Shown here in pieces: positions 1-12,300 of a stretch of 64,000 bases of DNA (positions are counted from its first letter, which is position 1; the number at the start of each line of letters is the position of its first letter). A program made the position numbers and the translations under genes. Under the pieces are notes generated by a model. That model had not been told where the DNA came from. It saw nothing but the letters and a program-made list of their open reading frames with translations, and did not search any database. Origin of the DNA: Octopus vulgaris (lineage: Eukaryota); assembly GCA_951406725.2 (NCBI GenBank), contig OX597824.1:99448001-99512000 (forward strand), read 5' to 3'.

Positions 1-59
1 AGCTAGGTTTGGCTGCTATTTCTAGCATCTGCAGTAATCATGTTGATTCTGTCTCTGTC

Positions 60-430
60 TTTCCCAAGTTGGTGATGGACACTCCTTTTTATGAAAGCAG
101 GCCCCTCATCTGGGATGCCAGATGCTGTGACACTTGCAGAGGTAACTTGGTGTGTTCAGCTACCAGCCCAGGCTCCGCAGCCCCTCGAACTGAGAAAAGC
201 AAATTGTCAAAGTATCAGTTACTCTCTGACAGGTTTATATTTGAGCCTGTGGCAGTGGAGACCTCTGATGTTCTTGGCCCCTGGACCATATCCCCGCTGC
301 TCATCACTGTCAAAGCAGAGACGGTTATCCTCAAGTGTGAGTCCCGTGAGTCAGAGTAGGTCTCCCTTCAAGCACATCTCCCTTGCCATCTTCCAGGGCA
401 AAGCCTTTGCCACTTTGTCTGCTGGGACCA
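60..430 (+). mobile_element. degenerate 3' end of a CRE-like non-LTR retrotransposon (restriction-like endonuclease domain)
   Basis: PLIWDARCCDT...SPGSAA...EKSKLSKYQLLSDRFIFEPVAVET..VLGP and, frameshifted, HISLAIFQGKA. Confidence 0.6.
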
Positions 431-975
431 TGAAGTGGTCTGAATGGTAGGAAATCATGAGAATGGAAGAATTTCATTGCTTTCCACATGCTTTCTCAAC
501 TGTTTTAAGTCCCTTTGCTTAAAGACATTTTTATATTATTTCCTTATATGTTTCTGGACAAACATTTGCACCACATTTTAGAATGGAACTAGTTGAATCA
601 ATTTAGTGGATGTGAGGTGGGGTTCCATTAAAAAAAATTGAAATTTTGAAAAAAATTCTTTATCTCTGGTTTTAGTCACCCAACTATTTTTGTATTTTCC
701 TGCAGAAATATGTTTCTAAAACGAAAGATCACTAAAAATATGATCACATCATCAAAACCAGAATCTTTGTAGGTTAAGCACAGGGAGTTGAAAAAAAAAG
801 TTTTGAAAAAAGATGAGAACCAAAGCAAAAAATAGAGGAGAGGAGATTAAATTAAAATCCCAAGAATGCTTTCATTAACCCTAGAAGAATCGGTTAAAAA
901 GCCCGTCCTTCCCACATCCAGTCTGGGACCAAATCATAATGGGAAGGGACGTAACTTCGTACTGCAAGATTTTTA

Positions 976-1890
976 TAATAATAATGAAATTATTGTATAC
1001 AGTGCTCAGGTGCACCACAACTTGTCAGAAAGTGCATATAAAGTACATACAGTGATGTAGAAATGTCTGGAAATTGAACATGCTTGTGTGTGTATGGAGG
1101 GGAGAAAATCAAGTGTAGTGTTGGCGAATCTCAGGAAGCATGGAAGTTTTGAAGGATGCAGTGCTCCGACAACTAACAACCGATGCCAGCAGTTTGTTCC
1201 ATGCTTCAGCAACTCTCAGCGTGAAAAAATGTTTCCTGAAGTCATGGGAGCTGTGCTGTTTTCTGACTTTGTAAATATATCCACGGGTGTTAGATGGGTG
1301 GAGTTTGAAAAGGTGCTCAGAGTTATTGTTTGTAAGATGGTTGATAATTTTATGGGTGTTTGCCAAGTCATCTGCCAGACATCGGAGTTTCAATGTGTCC
1401 ATGCCCAGGGAAGTAAGGCGTTCAGGATATGGCAAATGCCTGATGGAGGGTATTCTTTTGGTTGCACGTTGCTGAACAGCTTCCAGACGATTGATATCCT
1501 GGGCAAGATAGGGGTTCCAGACCGGTGATGCAAACTCCAGGTGAGGTCTTACCATAGCTATATAAAGCCGCAAATAGATAGCCGGAGAGCGGCTCACAAA
1601 GGATTTGGTGAGTGATGCCAAGATACCCTCAGCCTTCTTGACAATTTTAGCGATGTGTTTTGTCCAACGCAAATCACTGTCGACAATAACACCCAGGTCA
1701 CGTTCACATGAAGACTTTTTGAGACTAGTGTTGTGGAGGGAGTAGGTGGACACTGGGTTTCTCCTCCCAAAATGCATGGTGGTACATTTGTCCACAGCCA
1801 GCTTGAGTTGCCAGTTCATGATCCACTGCTGCAGTGTGTCCAGGTCTGCTTGCAATAGAGATCTATAGTGTACAGGATTTTTGTCAGTCA
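976..1890 (-). mobile_element. 5'-truncated CR1-clade LINE (RT C-terminus, 3' UTR, (TTA)n tail)
   Basis: ORF 1109-1891: LQADLDTLQQW..WQLKL..DKC, ERDLGVIVD, LYIAMVRPHLEFASPVWNP, LEAVQQRATK, FFTLRVAEAWNKL. Confidence 0.9.
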
Positions 1891-2323
1891 CGTGACCATT
1901 TCTTTGGTTTTAAAAAATTATGGTTCATTAACCCACTACAGAAGAGAATAACAAATGCATTCTAGCTGGGCAAATCCAGTCAATGTCTTCAATATACACA
2001 CATACACACGTGTAATCATTTAATGCCTACTTTTCCATCCAAGCATGGATCAGAGAGAATTTAAGGCAGATTTTCTAAGGGCAAATGCCCTTGCAGTCAG
2101 CAACCATCACTAAGTTTCCAAGCAATGGATTCTTTTTTCTATAGTTATCCATATTTTTCACAGAAGACTAGATATGCACAACCTTGTGTCTTTGAAGATG
2201 ATACTCATTTACAATCACCACGTGATATTCAGAGAAGATTATATATAATGACATACACACACTCACATGATGGGCTTCCTTCAGTTTCCGTCAATCAAAT
2301 CCATTCAGGTTGGTCCGATGTTA

Positions 2324-3759
2324 TAGCCTTGGCCAAAAGTATTAGGCCATCCCAGTGTTTGGGGGTTCTGCTATCTCAATGTTAATGAAACTCGTGCACA
2401 TGGTAGATTATGGTATATTTCACAATATACAGTAGTTTTAATATCTGGCTGACCCTCCTTTAGCATCAATTACCATTTTTATATTATAATGTACATATGC
2501 AACCAATTATGAGTAAGACCAACGTTCAAAGTGAACCTATGTTTCCTTGATTATTTCAGAGTTTTATACTAAAATATGTTGTAGATAAAGTTAATAAACA
2601 GTAAAATGCCTAAAACAAGGGAGTTGAATGAGTGTGAACGAGATCAAATCAGAAGCTCATCGTAAAGATGGAATGTCTCAAAGGCAAATTGCCCAGAAGA
2701 TGAAATGTTCTCGATGTGTGGTGCAAACAACTCTCAACCGCTTCAGAGAGACAAAAGATGTGAAGACAATACAAAGAACAGGCAGAAGAAAGGTTACATC
2801 ACTTCGTGATGACAGATCCATCATCCATCAGTCGCTCAGAAACAGAAGGAAAACATCGTCAGAGCTCTGTACAGACTTCAACAAGGCAAATACTTCACAA
2901 ATATCAACCCTAACTGTTAGAAGAAGGCTTGTAGAGTAGGGTCTGAAAGGCTGTAAAGTCAGGAAGAAGCCATGGGTTTCTGAAGCGAATATGGAAAAAC
3001 GTCTTCAGTGGGCCAAAACCCACTGAAATCGGACCAGTGAGCAATGGTTGAAAGTCATATGGTCTGATGGAAGTAACTATGAGGTAAGATAGTACAGGTG
3101 TTCAATCAACATATAAACTTAATGTAACTGGTTTGTTGCCAACAATATATAAAAACTCATCCAACATAAAGCTAATATTGATTTTCATGTTTTTACTCAG
3201 GTTTTCAGTGCATCTGGTGTAACTTTTGTGTGTCACAAAATGTTTCTATATCAGGGAATTCAGCTACCTGTGTTTCTATGTTATCAGATGTTTTAGAGCT
3301 ATTGCTAATTTGCATCCAGGAGTGTCGGAAAACAGTGTTATCTTTCAACAGGACAATGCTCCATGTCACACAGCAATGAATACTCATCAATAGTTTGAGA
3401 CACAAATTATTGGTTCCATGGATTGGTCAGCTCAATGTCTTGATCTAAATCCGATCAAACTCCTATGGGGAACTCTTGATGAAGCTATCAGGAACACAAC
3501 AATTAAAAATAAAGAGCATTTGTACCAACAGTTGAGAGAAGAAGGGAATAAAATTGCACCTAGCACCTGCAAGAAACTCGCTGATTCAATGCCTAACCGT
3601 ATAAAAGTGGTCATTGATGCTAAAGGAGGGTCAACCAGATATTAAAACTACTGTATATTGTGAAATATACCATAATCTACTATGCGCACGAGTTTCATTA
3701 ATATTGAGATAGCAGAACTCCAAAACATAGGGGTGGCCTAAGACTTTTGGCCAAGGCTG
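2324..3759 (+). mobile_element. Tc1-family DNA transposon, defective, with 160-bp TIRs (2324-2483, 3600-3759), TA target duplication and an intron at 3084-3200
   Basis: TIRs read directly. Transposase 2606-3645 has an HTH (GMSQRQIAQKMKCSR), VIWSD, FQQDNAPCH, DLNPIK and KGGSTRY, with stops and frameshifts. Confidence 0.92.
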
Positions 3760-5186
3760 TATATATGTACAAAACCCACAGAGTAAGAATTTTCCTCCAT
3801 GACCAAGTAGAGTGAATGGCTTTTCTATGGATTTGAATAGGATTCAAGCATATTTGAACAGGTGACAAGTTTACATACATGTCTGCTATGATCCAGGTGT
3901 GTACATCTAAGCACCAAGTGTCTACATGAGAGGATCTCTCAAGGATAATAACAGAGTATTTAATGTTCCAAATATATATAGAATCAGTTTTTGCACTTCA
4001 TCCTTGTATGATAATAATGTGTTCGTAAGACATTCAGCTCATTAGTGCAATGGACTCCGTGCCACGAATGTCTTCACGGCCACAAGTACCTGAACCTTTA
4101 AACCTAAACAAGCCAATAGCTTTGTTTCTAAATTCAGTGAACAAACTGTTTGCTTATCAGTTAAAAATCACACAAACACAACAGCACTCCCACATATTCA
4201 CTTTCTCTTCTTATATGTGCATATAACCACACACAACACACACGCACTTTTTCAATCCACCACTCGGCTTCATAACTCTGTATCACACTTTTCTCTCTCT
4301 CTATTTCTCACTTCCTCTTTACTGACACACACTTCTCTTACTGATTACCTCCCCTTACTCTCATCTCTGTAAAGTAATCCCCCCCCCACTTCTATCATGA
4401 CATTGATTTACACTATGGACTTTCAACTATTTTACACTCTTTTTCAGCTCTTAACTTGTTCAACACAGCTACCTCTTCTCCATTGGCCTTACCAGATTTT
4501 CCTCACTATTATCATTTCTCCACCCCATCAAACATCGCTGGACATTTTTTCCAGTTTGGTAGTTTTTATAAAAAAAATTTCTTATAATCCTCTCTCCTCT
4601 TCCCAGAACTAATAACTTTTCTCTCTTTTCCCTTTCTTCCATGTAAAACCATTTCCCACTCACACTAATCTCACCCTCCACATTCTTCTTCCTTTCCATT
4701 TGCCTGTTTCCACCTCCTCACATCCATGCTTTCTTCATACACACTAAATGATTACAAACATTCACATTAAACTATGTTACGATACTTTCACCCTTTCATA
4801 TCTCTACAAACACACATCACATTAGAATACAGGCACCACGCTCCACAAAAGCTTCTTTACAAACACACACACACACACTCCTCCACTTGCTCCCTCCTCC
4901 TTTCTTAGTTTGCTCCCACATTCCCATCTGCTTTCAAACTCCTCATCTTTGTGTTTCTTCTTTCACAGATTATTCTTGTCTCACATCTGTTATGCTTTTC
5001 TGTTCCTTCATCAGAAGGGACAGAAATGTTACCACTCTTTCTGTCAAAGCATTAACCGAGTATATTTGTTAAAACTTGCCCCTCTTGTGTTGACTTTTTT
5101 TATTCTTCATTGAATTTACACTGTGTGTGTGTGTGTGTTGTGTGTGTGTTGTGTGTGTGAAAAATCTGAGTAGAAAGTAAAATTAA

Positions 5187-5405
5187 AGGCAGCAAGCTGG
5201 CAGAATCGTTAGCACGCTGGGCAAAATGCTTAGTGGTATTTTGTCTGCCGCTACGTTCTGAGTTCAAATTCCGCCGAGGTCAACTTTGCCTTTCATCCTT
5301 TCAGGGTCGATTAAATAAGTACCAGTTATGTACTGGGATCGATATAATCGACTTAATCCATTTGTCCTCTCTGTATGTAGCCCCCTGGTGGGCAGTAAAG
5401 AAATA
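5187..5405 (+). mobile_element. tRNA-derived SINE (Nin-domain-like) with 15-bp TSD AGAAAGTAAAATTAA
   Basis: A/B boxes (TGGCAGAATCG, GAGTTCAAATT) and GCCTTTCATCC core; TSD at 5172-5186 and 5406-5420. Confidence 0.85.
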
Positions 5406-5597
5406 AGAAAGTAAAATTAATGGGGACTGATAAACGAAAAAGGAAATCAATATTTTAATCAGTTCCTTTAATTGATATCTTATAACAATTCATCATTAAT
5501 GACACAATAGATTCATTTTGTCAAGAATTTGGACACTCCCCCACCCCCAGTAGAGCTATAACAACCATTTGTTGACTATAAATTTGTTCAAAACACC

Positions 5598-5642
<45 letters not shown>

Positions 5643-5989
5643 CACATCTGGATTATGAGAAAACAGAACAAACAAAGGGGGAAAGTGTTGTTAACAAGAG
5701 AGTTGAAATTATCAAAATCTTTCACCATTACACCTGACTCCATTATTAGGGAACACTGGTGACGATGATGACAATAGGATTAATAATAATAATATTAACA
5801 ATAATAATAACAATGATAATCATGATAGTAATGAATAAGTGAAGAGTGGAGGCATGTCGACTGCTAACTACTCTAAACACCACTGAGCACCCCCCCCACC
5901 CCACACCACCACCACCACAACTGATCCATAAGAGAAAATCCTACTTGCTAATCCTGTCTCTCAGTAAAACAAGATATTATGGTAAAGTC

Positions 5990-5995
5990 TTTATT
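5990..5995 (-). terminator. candidate polyadenylation signal AATAAA of the V-ATPase C mRNA
   Basis: AATAAA on the minus strand ~175 nt downstream of the stop codon; the UTR could be longer. Confidence 0.4.
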
Positions 5996-6169
5996 GCATG
6001 CTCTCAGAAGTGTGTACTATGGGTGGTGTGTATATTGTGTATACACACACACACTGTTGTAGTGTTCATACACTATTATTGTACACAGCAGAAATCAGTG
6101 ACATTCACAAAGTTGTTTATGGAATGTTGTGAAAGTTTCAGACTTGTTTATCTTCTGGCCATAACCACC

Positions 6170-6274
6170 TCAGAACCTTGCGTTGCTGTCCAACATGTCT
6201 AGATTAATCTTGTAGAAAACGTAAGCATAATATTCATGTTGACCCATGTTCAGTCCTGGTATGTCCACAGCTGG
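6170..6274 (-). CDS. ATP6V1C1: V-ATPase C last coding exon
   Basis: [37 protein letters not shown]; acceptor ttttcag. Confidence 0.95.
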   Translation of the reverse strand, partial: PAVDIPGLNMGQHEYYAYVFYKINLDMLDSNARF

Positions 6275-6338
6275 CTGAAAATATAGAAATACAAAAATAA
6301 AGATAGTTTAGGCCAACTCCAACTATTTTCACTTAATA

Positions 6339-6371
<33 letters not shown>

Positions 6372-9300
6372 CAACAAAAACAAGAAGAAGAAAAAAAGCA
6401 AATTTTAAACAAGTGAGGGGAATCAAAAATTCTAACATCTTTTTTCTTTTCAGAAAGGAATCGGTAAATGACTTGTGAGAGCCATACAAGCCATGTCCAG
6501 GGATGCCATGAGTAATGTGAAAGCGTTAGCAACAAGTACAGCAATGAATTAAGGGTGCAGATAGGAGTTCAGAAGGGTTTGATTCTCAGTTCCCTACTAT
6601 TCATCATAGTCTGCCAGGCTAACAGAGAAATTTAACACTTTTGTCTATGGAAACTCTTATGCTGTTAACCTTCTTAGAGCTGAATCTGTAGGAGAATTAA
6701 AAGAAATTTCAGGTGTGGAAGCAAAATCTGAGCTCAAAGGACCTTGAAATTAACTTAGTAAAGACCAAAGTTCTGGTAAGCATGAAAATAAATTGCTACT
6801 CCTTTAGTAGTAAAATGGCTTTGATCAATATGTAGAAAAGGTGTGGGAGGAAATTCCACAGGTGTAGTCAGTGCAAGCTAAGGACACATAAGATGTGCAG
6901 TGGAACTACAGGAAGATTAACAGACGGAAAAAAAAACTTTGTCTGTGGCAGATGGTAGGAACCATAAGCACTAAGAGCATATCAGAAATAGACTTTCTGA
7001 AATACCCAGGAGGATCTTTACGAATTATTAGATAGTTTATGTTACCTAGCTGACTTAATTAGCAGTGGAGGAAGTTGTTCAGAAACAATAGCTGTTAGAA
7101 TGATAAGCTGGAAAAAGCTTAGTTATTACTCCTGTTAATAACAAAAGGTCTCTCTCTCTCTCAGAGTAAAAGGCAGACTGAAGTGTGTTGGTGAACGGAA
7201 CTTTAAAACCACCCTGTGATCTCTGGATGTCTTCAGTTGGGTGATTTAACACATTTTTTCATGGCATTCAGACCAAACCCTTCTGTCAGGTGTCAACCAC
7301 ATGCTAAATGATATTAAAATGTGGGCCAAAGTTTTCAACACCTGAGTACTATAATTTCTACTTTTGGATCAGGACGATGAACTGCAATAGTGTGGGTTTC
7401 AATAGATCATAGTTTTTCAGTATCTTCCTTCAAAATCTAAGTTATATACTAGAAATAGATGCTAACACTTAAATTTTTTGTGCCCACTGTTTCTGGTGCC
7501 AAAAGGCAAATGACAGAAGGGATAAAATCCATCACTTGGTTTACGAATCAGAAGCCACTGCAATGTTATCAAGTAGGTGTTTCGTCTTGTGTTTTACTAC
7601 AAATACATGATTTACAAAGTTTCTTGCACTGCCATCATCAAGAAGGGCAACCACTATTTTACTGTTTAGTCTATTAACAACAATAGTTATTGCAAAGAAC
7701 AATGGAGAAGAAGAGGAGAGGTTGTAGGATGGGGAAATGGTGTGAGTTTCTTGCTAGATTGATGTACTTTGGCAAAATGCTCCATTTTGTTACATAAGCT
7801 GCATCCCACATATTTGGCTGACTGCTTATTTTTACAGGGCCCAATAAACATTTTAGCCCTAAAACAGCCAAGGTTGAAGGTTCTGAGTCTGACATCATTA
7901 TTTCCTCTTCAAGTCAGTCGAGAGTTTCCCTGAGTAACCTGCATTGGTTGCGTAACACCTCTCATAGGTTCATCACTATTTTTGTGCATTTTACTCCTGC
8001 TGGTCCCCTTTTACAGCTTTTCCTCCCTCACCCTCTCTCTTGTCATTAGTGTCTCTTTCTCATTCCCCTTATACTATGACTGTCCCTGTCATAACATCCA
8101 TACCATTAGTCTCTCTCTTCATCACTTCTCTATTTCTCCTTCTTCTTCCCCATCATATGCTCCCTCTGTTGCTCAAGTTGCCTTCAATAGAGACAACCAT
8201 AGAGCAATGACAATCCTTTTGTCTTGCAGTGTACCAGACAACAACCTTTCTAGAGTTGGGGGCCCCAATAAAATGTACCCAGTATGCTTTGAAAAGTGGT
8301 TGGTGCTAGGAAAAGAAACCACGTCCCAAATGAGATATAAGCAAGATGTGTTCCTATTTCATCTACTAGGGCAGTAACTCTAAATAAGAACTGATTCATC
8401 AGACTATGACAAACTGCCCAATTTCTGTTAGCATGTAAAAAAAAGAGAGAGAAAGAGAGAGAGAGAAAAAAAGATATATAAATGGATACCAGGAGAACCA
8501 GCAATAGAGTGACTGGTATGGATGACAGCTGGGGGAAGAAGTGTGAAGTTATCCAAGATGTGGAAGTAAGGAAGACTAATCTAAGGATACTGGAGCTGAC
8601 AAAAACATAACCAAGGGCTATTAAGAGGGTGGGTTACTGTGCAGGGTAAGATCAGTCCAACCCATGACAGTATAGAAAAGCAGACATAAAATGACAATGA
8701 CAGTGATGACAGATATGGATCAATTAATAATTAAAAATATCAAGAATAACTTTGTTGAAAAAAATAACATTGCATTATTTATGATAATAATTTATTATAA
8801 TTCTTATCAAAGTAATCATCATCATCATCATCATTGTCATTTAACGTCCACTTTCCATTCTGGTATGAGTTGGATGGTTTGACTGAGGATTGGCAAGCCA
8901 GAAGGCTGTCCCAGGCTCCAGTCTGAGCTGGCAAGGTTTCTACAGCTGAATGCCCTTCCTGATGCCAACCTCTCCAAGAGTGTAGTGGGTGCTTTTTATG
9001 TGCCATCAGCACAAGGGCCAGTCAGGCTGCACTGGCATCAACTATTCCTTGAATGGTGCTTTTTATGTGCCACCGGCACGGGAGCCGGTACTGATAATGA
9101 CCACACTTGAATGGTGCTTTTTACGTGCCACTGGTCAAGGGAAGTCACTGTGGAGATGAGCTGACAATGGCCATAAAGATTCACTTAGATTGTATGATGG
9201 TTGATTAGATGTTGCCTGAGAGAACATCGTCACTGATGTGATAAGAAACTGAGACAGTGAAATTCACAACTGTTTTGTTCATTTTCCCTGCTGACCTCGT

Positions 9301-12300
9301 ATAAACTGTCCACTCCAATGGCCACGATGTTGAGTATTCCAGTTGATCCAATCAATGGAACCTGCAGGTGGCTGCCCTAACATGCTGTATGGGTCACAGC
9401 AGTTTCAAGCACCCACGGTACCCCTTTTAGCTAATTTAATTTTGAATTCATAACAGTTGAAGTCTGGGTAGAGAGAAGGATGGAGGGGTACTTAATGGTA
9501 ACGCCTGGAGACTTGAGTGGTACACAGGTGATGGTATTGGTAGTAGTAGTAGAAGTGGTGGAGGTAGTGGCTGATGTAGTAGAAGAGACAAAGGGTTTAT
9601 ATTGGTGAACCACTGGTTGAAGTGTGTTGGTGAACGGAACTTTCAAACCACCCTGTGATCTCTGGATGTCTTCAGTAGGCATTCAGACCAAACCCTTCCG
9701 TCAGGTGTCAACCACATCAATTTTACCAACCTCCATCTTGAGTTGAGCCCTGATCCTCCTCCTCCTCCTCCTTTCTCTGTTGCTGAGACTTATTGAAATA
9801 AATATTTGGAGACTTGAAAACACTGAAAAAGTAATAAATCACCAAAGATGCTTACATCATTACCAGCAAGTGCTGCACTGTCAAGGTGACTATAATGTTT
9901 ATTTAATTCTTCTCTCAGGCGACGTTGTGCCTTCTTGTGAGGATGTAGAAGCATGGCTTGAAAATTGACTGGTAGGCCATATCTGAATTGAAAACAGTTT
10001 GAATTAATTTAAAGATCACTTACAAAAGATTGTACTGTAAATAAAAGACAAGTACCACAGTTTATTAGGCTTTTAATGATGTATCTACTTTAGGTACAAT
10101 ATATAGATTGCTATTTTTAACTAATACTGCTTGTTGCACATAATGAAATTTTATTCAGCCTGCTGGCTAATTATGACATCAGTAATTTTGTATGCAGTTG
10201 CCAGTGGATACTTGCTATTGACAAAGCCCAAAGGGCAGAAATGCCCATTTAGCAATGACACCATTGCTGTGGGGCAATTTTTGTCTGCTACAGATAGATT
10301 TCTGTGTCTTCGTTTGTTTTTGTTTTTAAAGACTAATGTCTATAAGAGATGTTGCCTCAGGATGAATACTGCAGTTTATCAAGTTTTCAATGGTGTATCT
10401 GCCTTAAGTATGATACACAGATTGCTATTTTGAATGAAAACTATTTTTGTTGCTCATAACAGTATATATATATTTGGAGTCTGGTTCACCAGACCTCAGT
10501 CAAATCGTCCAACCCATACTAGCATGGAAAGCGGACGTTAAATGATGATGATGATGATGATATATATAAATGTGCATACATATATATTTCTGTTTAAAAA
10601 TAGTAAGAATATATGTAAGAAGTATATATGTGAGCACATATAAATAGATATATGTGTGTGTATATATAAAACTATATGCACTACCTTGAATGTGGATATA
10701 TGAAAGAATATGTAAGTATGAAGGGAAGAGTTTACCTACAAACTTATTTTTTTTAATGTTTCAAAAAAGGAGAGAGGCAGGAGTGGAAGGCACGAGTGGA
10801 ATGGCACTGGATGCTTTGTTGTAACAGGCAGAACGTACTTTGGATCATTTTCAAGTAAACAGTCCACAAGCACAGAAATGCTCTGTCTTTATCACTTTAA
10901 TCACATTACAATACATTACAATACATTATTATTTCTAAATACTTAATTTCATTTTTTATTTTTCAATAATACGATCATGAAAATAGAATTGCAATTTACA
11001 GTTTTCCTGAGACGGGAGTTTTCTTTTTTCTGTGTCTGTTTGTTTGTTTCTGTGTTTTGTCTGTCACTATATCTATGGGTTAGTTTTGTTTGCAAATTGC
11101 TGAAAATAACAGTATCAATTCTTGCACAAAGTGAAATAATGAAGGACAAATTCAAAACCACCACCAGACAAACCACATGTTCCAACTTTAATGGATGACA
11201 GTGATTGTGCAACTTGTTAATTATATCATCTCACCAACGGATTACGAGAGTAATGATACGTGGAAATAATTGTTGTGATTTGAAATAAAGAACGTTGTTC
11301 AATCTGTTTTCTCTTATCGATCTCTTTGTGTAAACTCAACGGATTCTATGGAATTCCAGATGCATATCCAGTGACAAGAGCATTCCAACTATATGATGAC
11401 ATCTGGTTGCCAATAACTATGGATGAGCTTTGCATAGCATATTATGAGGATTTAATCCAAATTTTATTCAACTACACAAATGTGTGTGTGTGTGTGTGTG
11501 TGTATATACACACACATATATATGACAGCAAACAACCAAATAATTCCAAATGAATAAAATAAATGAATGAAGTACTTTATACAAACCTTAAGACTGATTC
11601 AACAAAAACTCTTAAAGCTTTCACATGGATCCAAGCTGCAAAACACTCACCAAAATTTATTTTCAACCATTTCACCAAGGGACCCTAATAAAACAAAGGA
11701 ATATAAAATGTAGAGTTTACAAAAAAATCTATAAGTACAGACACCAACACATGACAGTGATACCAGGGTATCTACCAGAAATTGAGGGGTATTTCCAACC
11801 AATACTGAGTGGTCTAACTCATGACCATTAATTAGATATGTACCTTTAGTTGCAGCCACACATTAAGGGTTTATTTACCAAACACGGGGTAGCACACAAC
11901 ACTGGTGGTGTACCACCAATCCATACAATGTTGGATGTGCCCATCAGTTTTGTAATACGACCGATTAGCCATAAAAATACATTTACATATTAACAGTCAT
12001 ACCGAACAACATAATGGTGGATTCCATTGTATGTATGGAGGCCTGTGGATTTGGTTCAAGAAATGAAGTGGAATCAACACTCCTGGAGTTGTGCTGTTGA
12101 AGGAAACAAATGCAAAAATGATTTGACAATTTTTTCAGTACCAACTTCAGGAAACAGGCTTGTCACTTGATCGTCTACCAATCAGACAAACGCCAAAGAA
12201 AGATCGACTTCATTCTCACAAGGAAATGAGATAGACAAATGCTAAAGTTTTTTCCTGGTGAAGAATGTACCACTGACCATAGACTAGTAAATTCAGAGTA

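Noticed and set aside
1088-1528. Plus-strand 146-aa ORF (and 46329-46607)
   Set aside because: Antisense shadow of the CR1 RT frame.
4985-5035. CTGATGA...GAAA on the minus strand as a hammerhead
   Set aside because: No convincing stem I or stem II pairing; at most an eroded relic.
11220-11460. Possible intronic snoRNA or miRNA hairpin
   Set aside because: No C/D box pair on the host strand and only a short imperfect stem.
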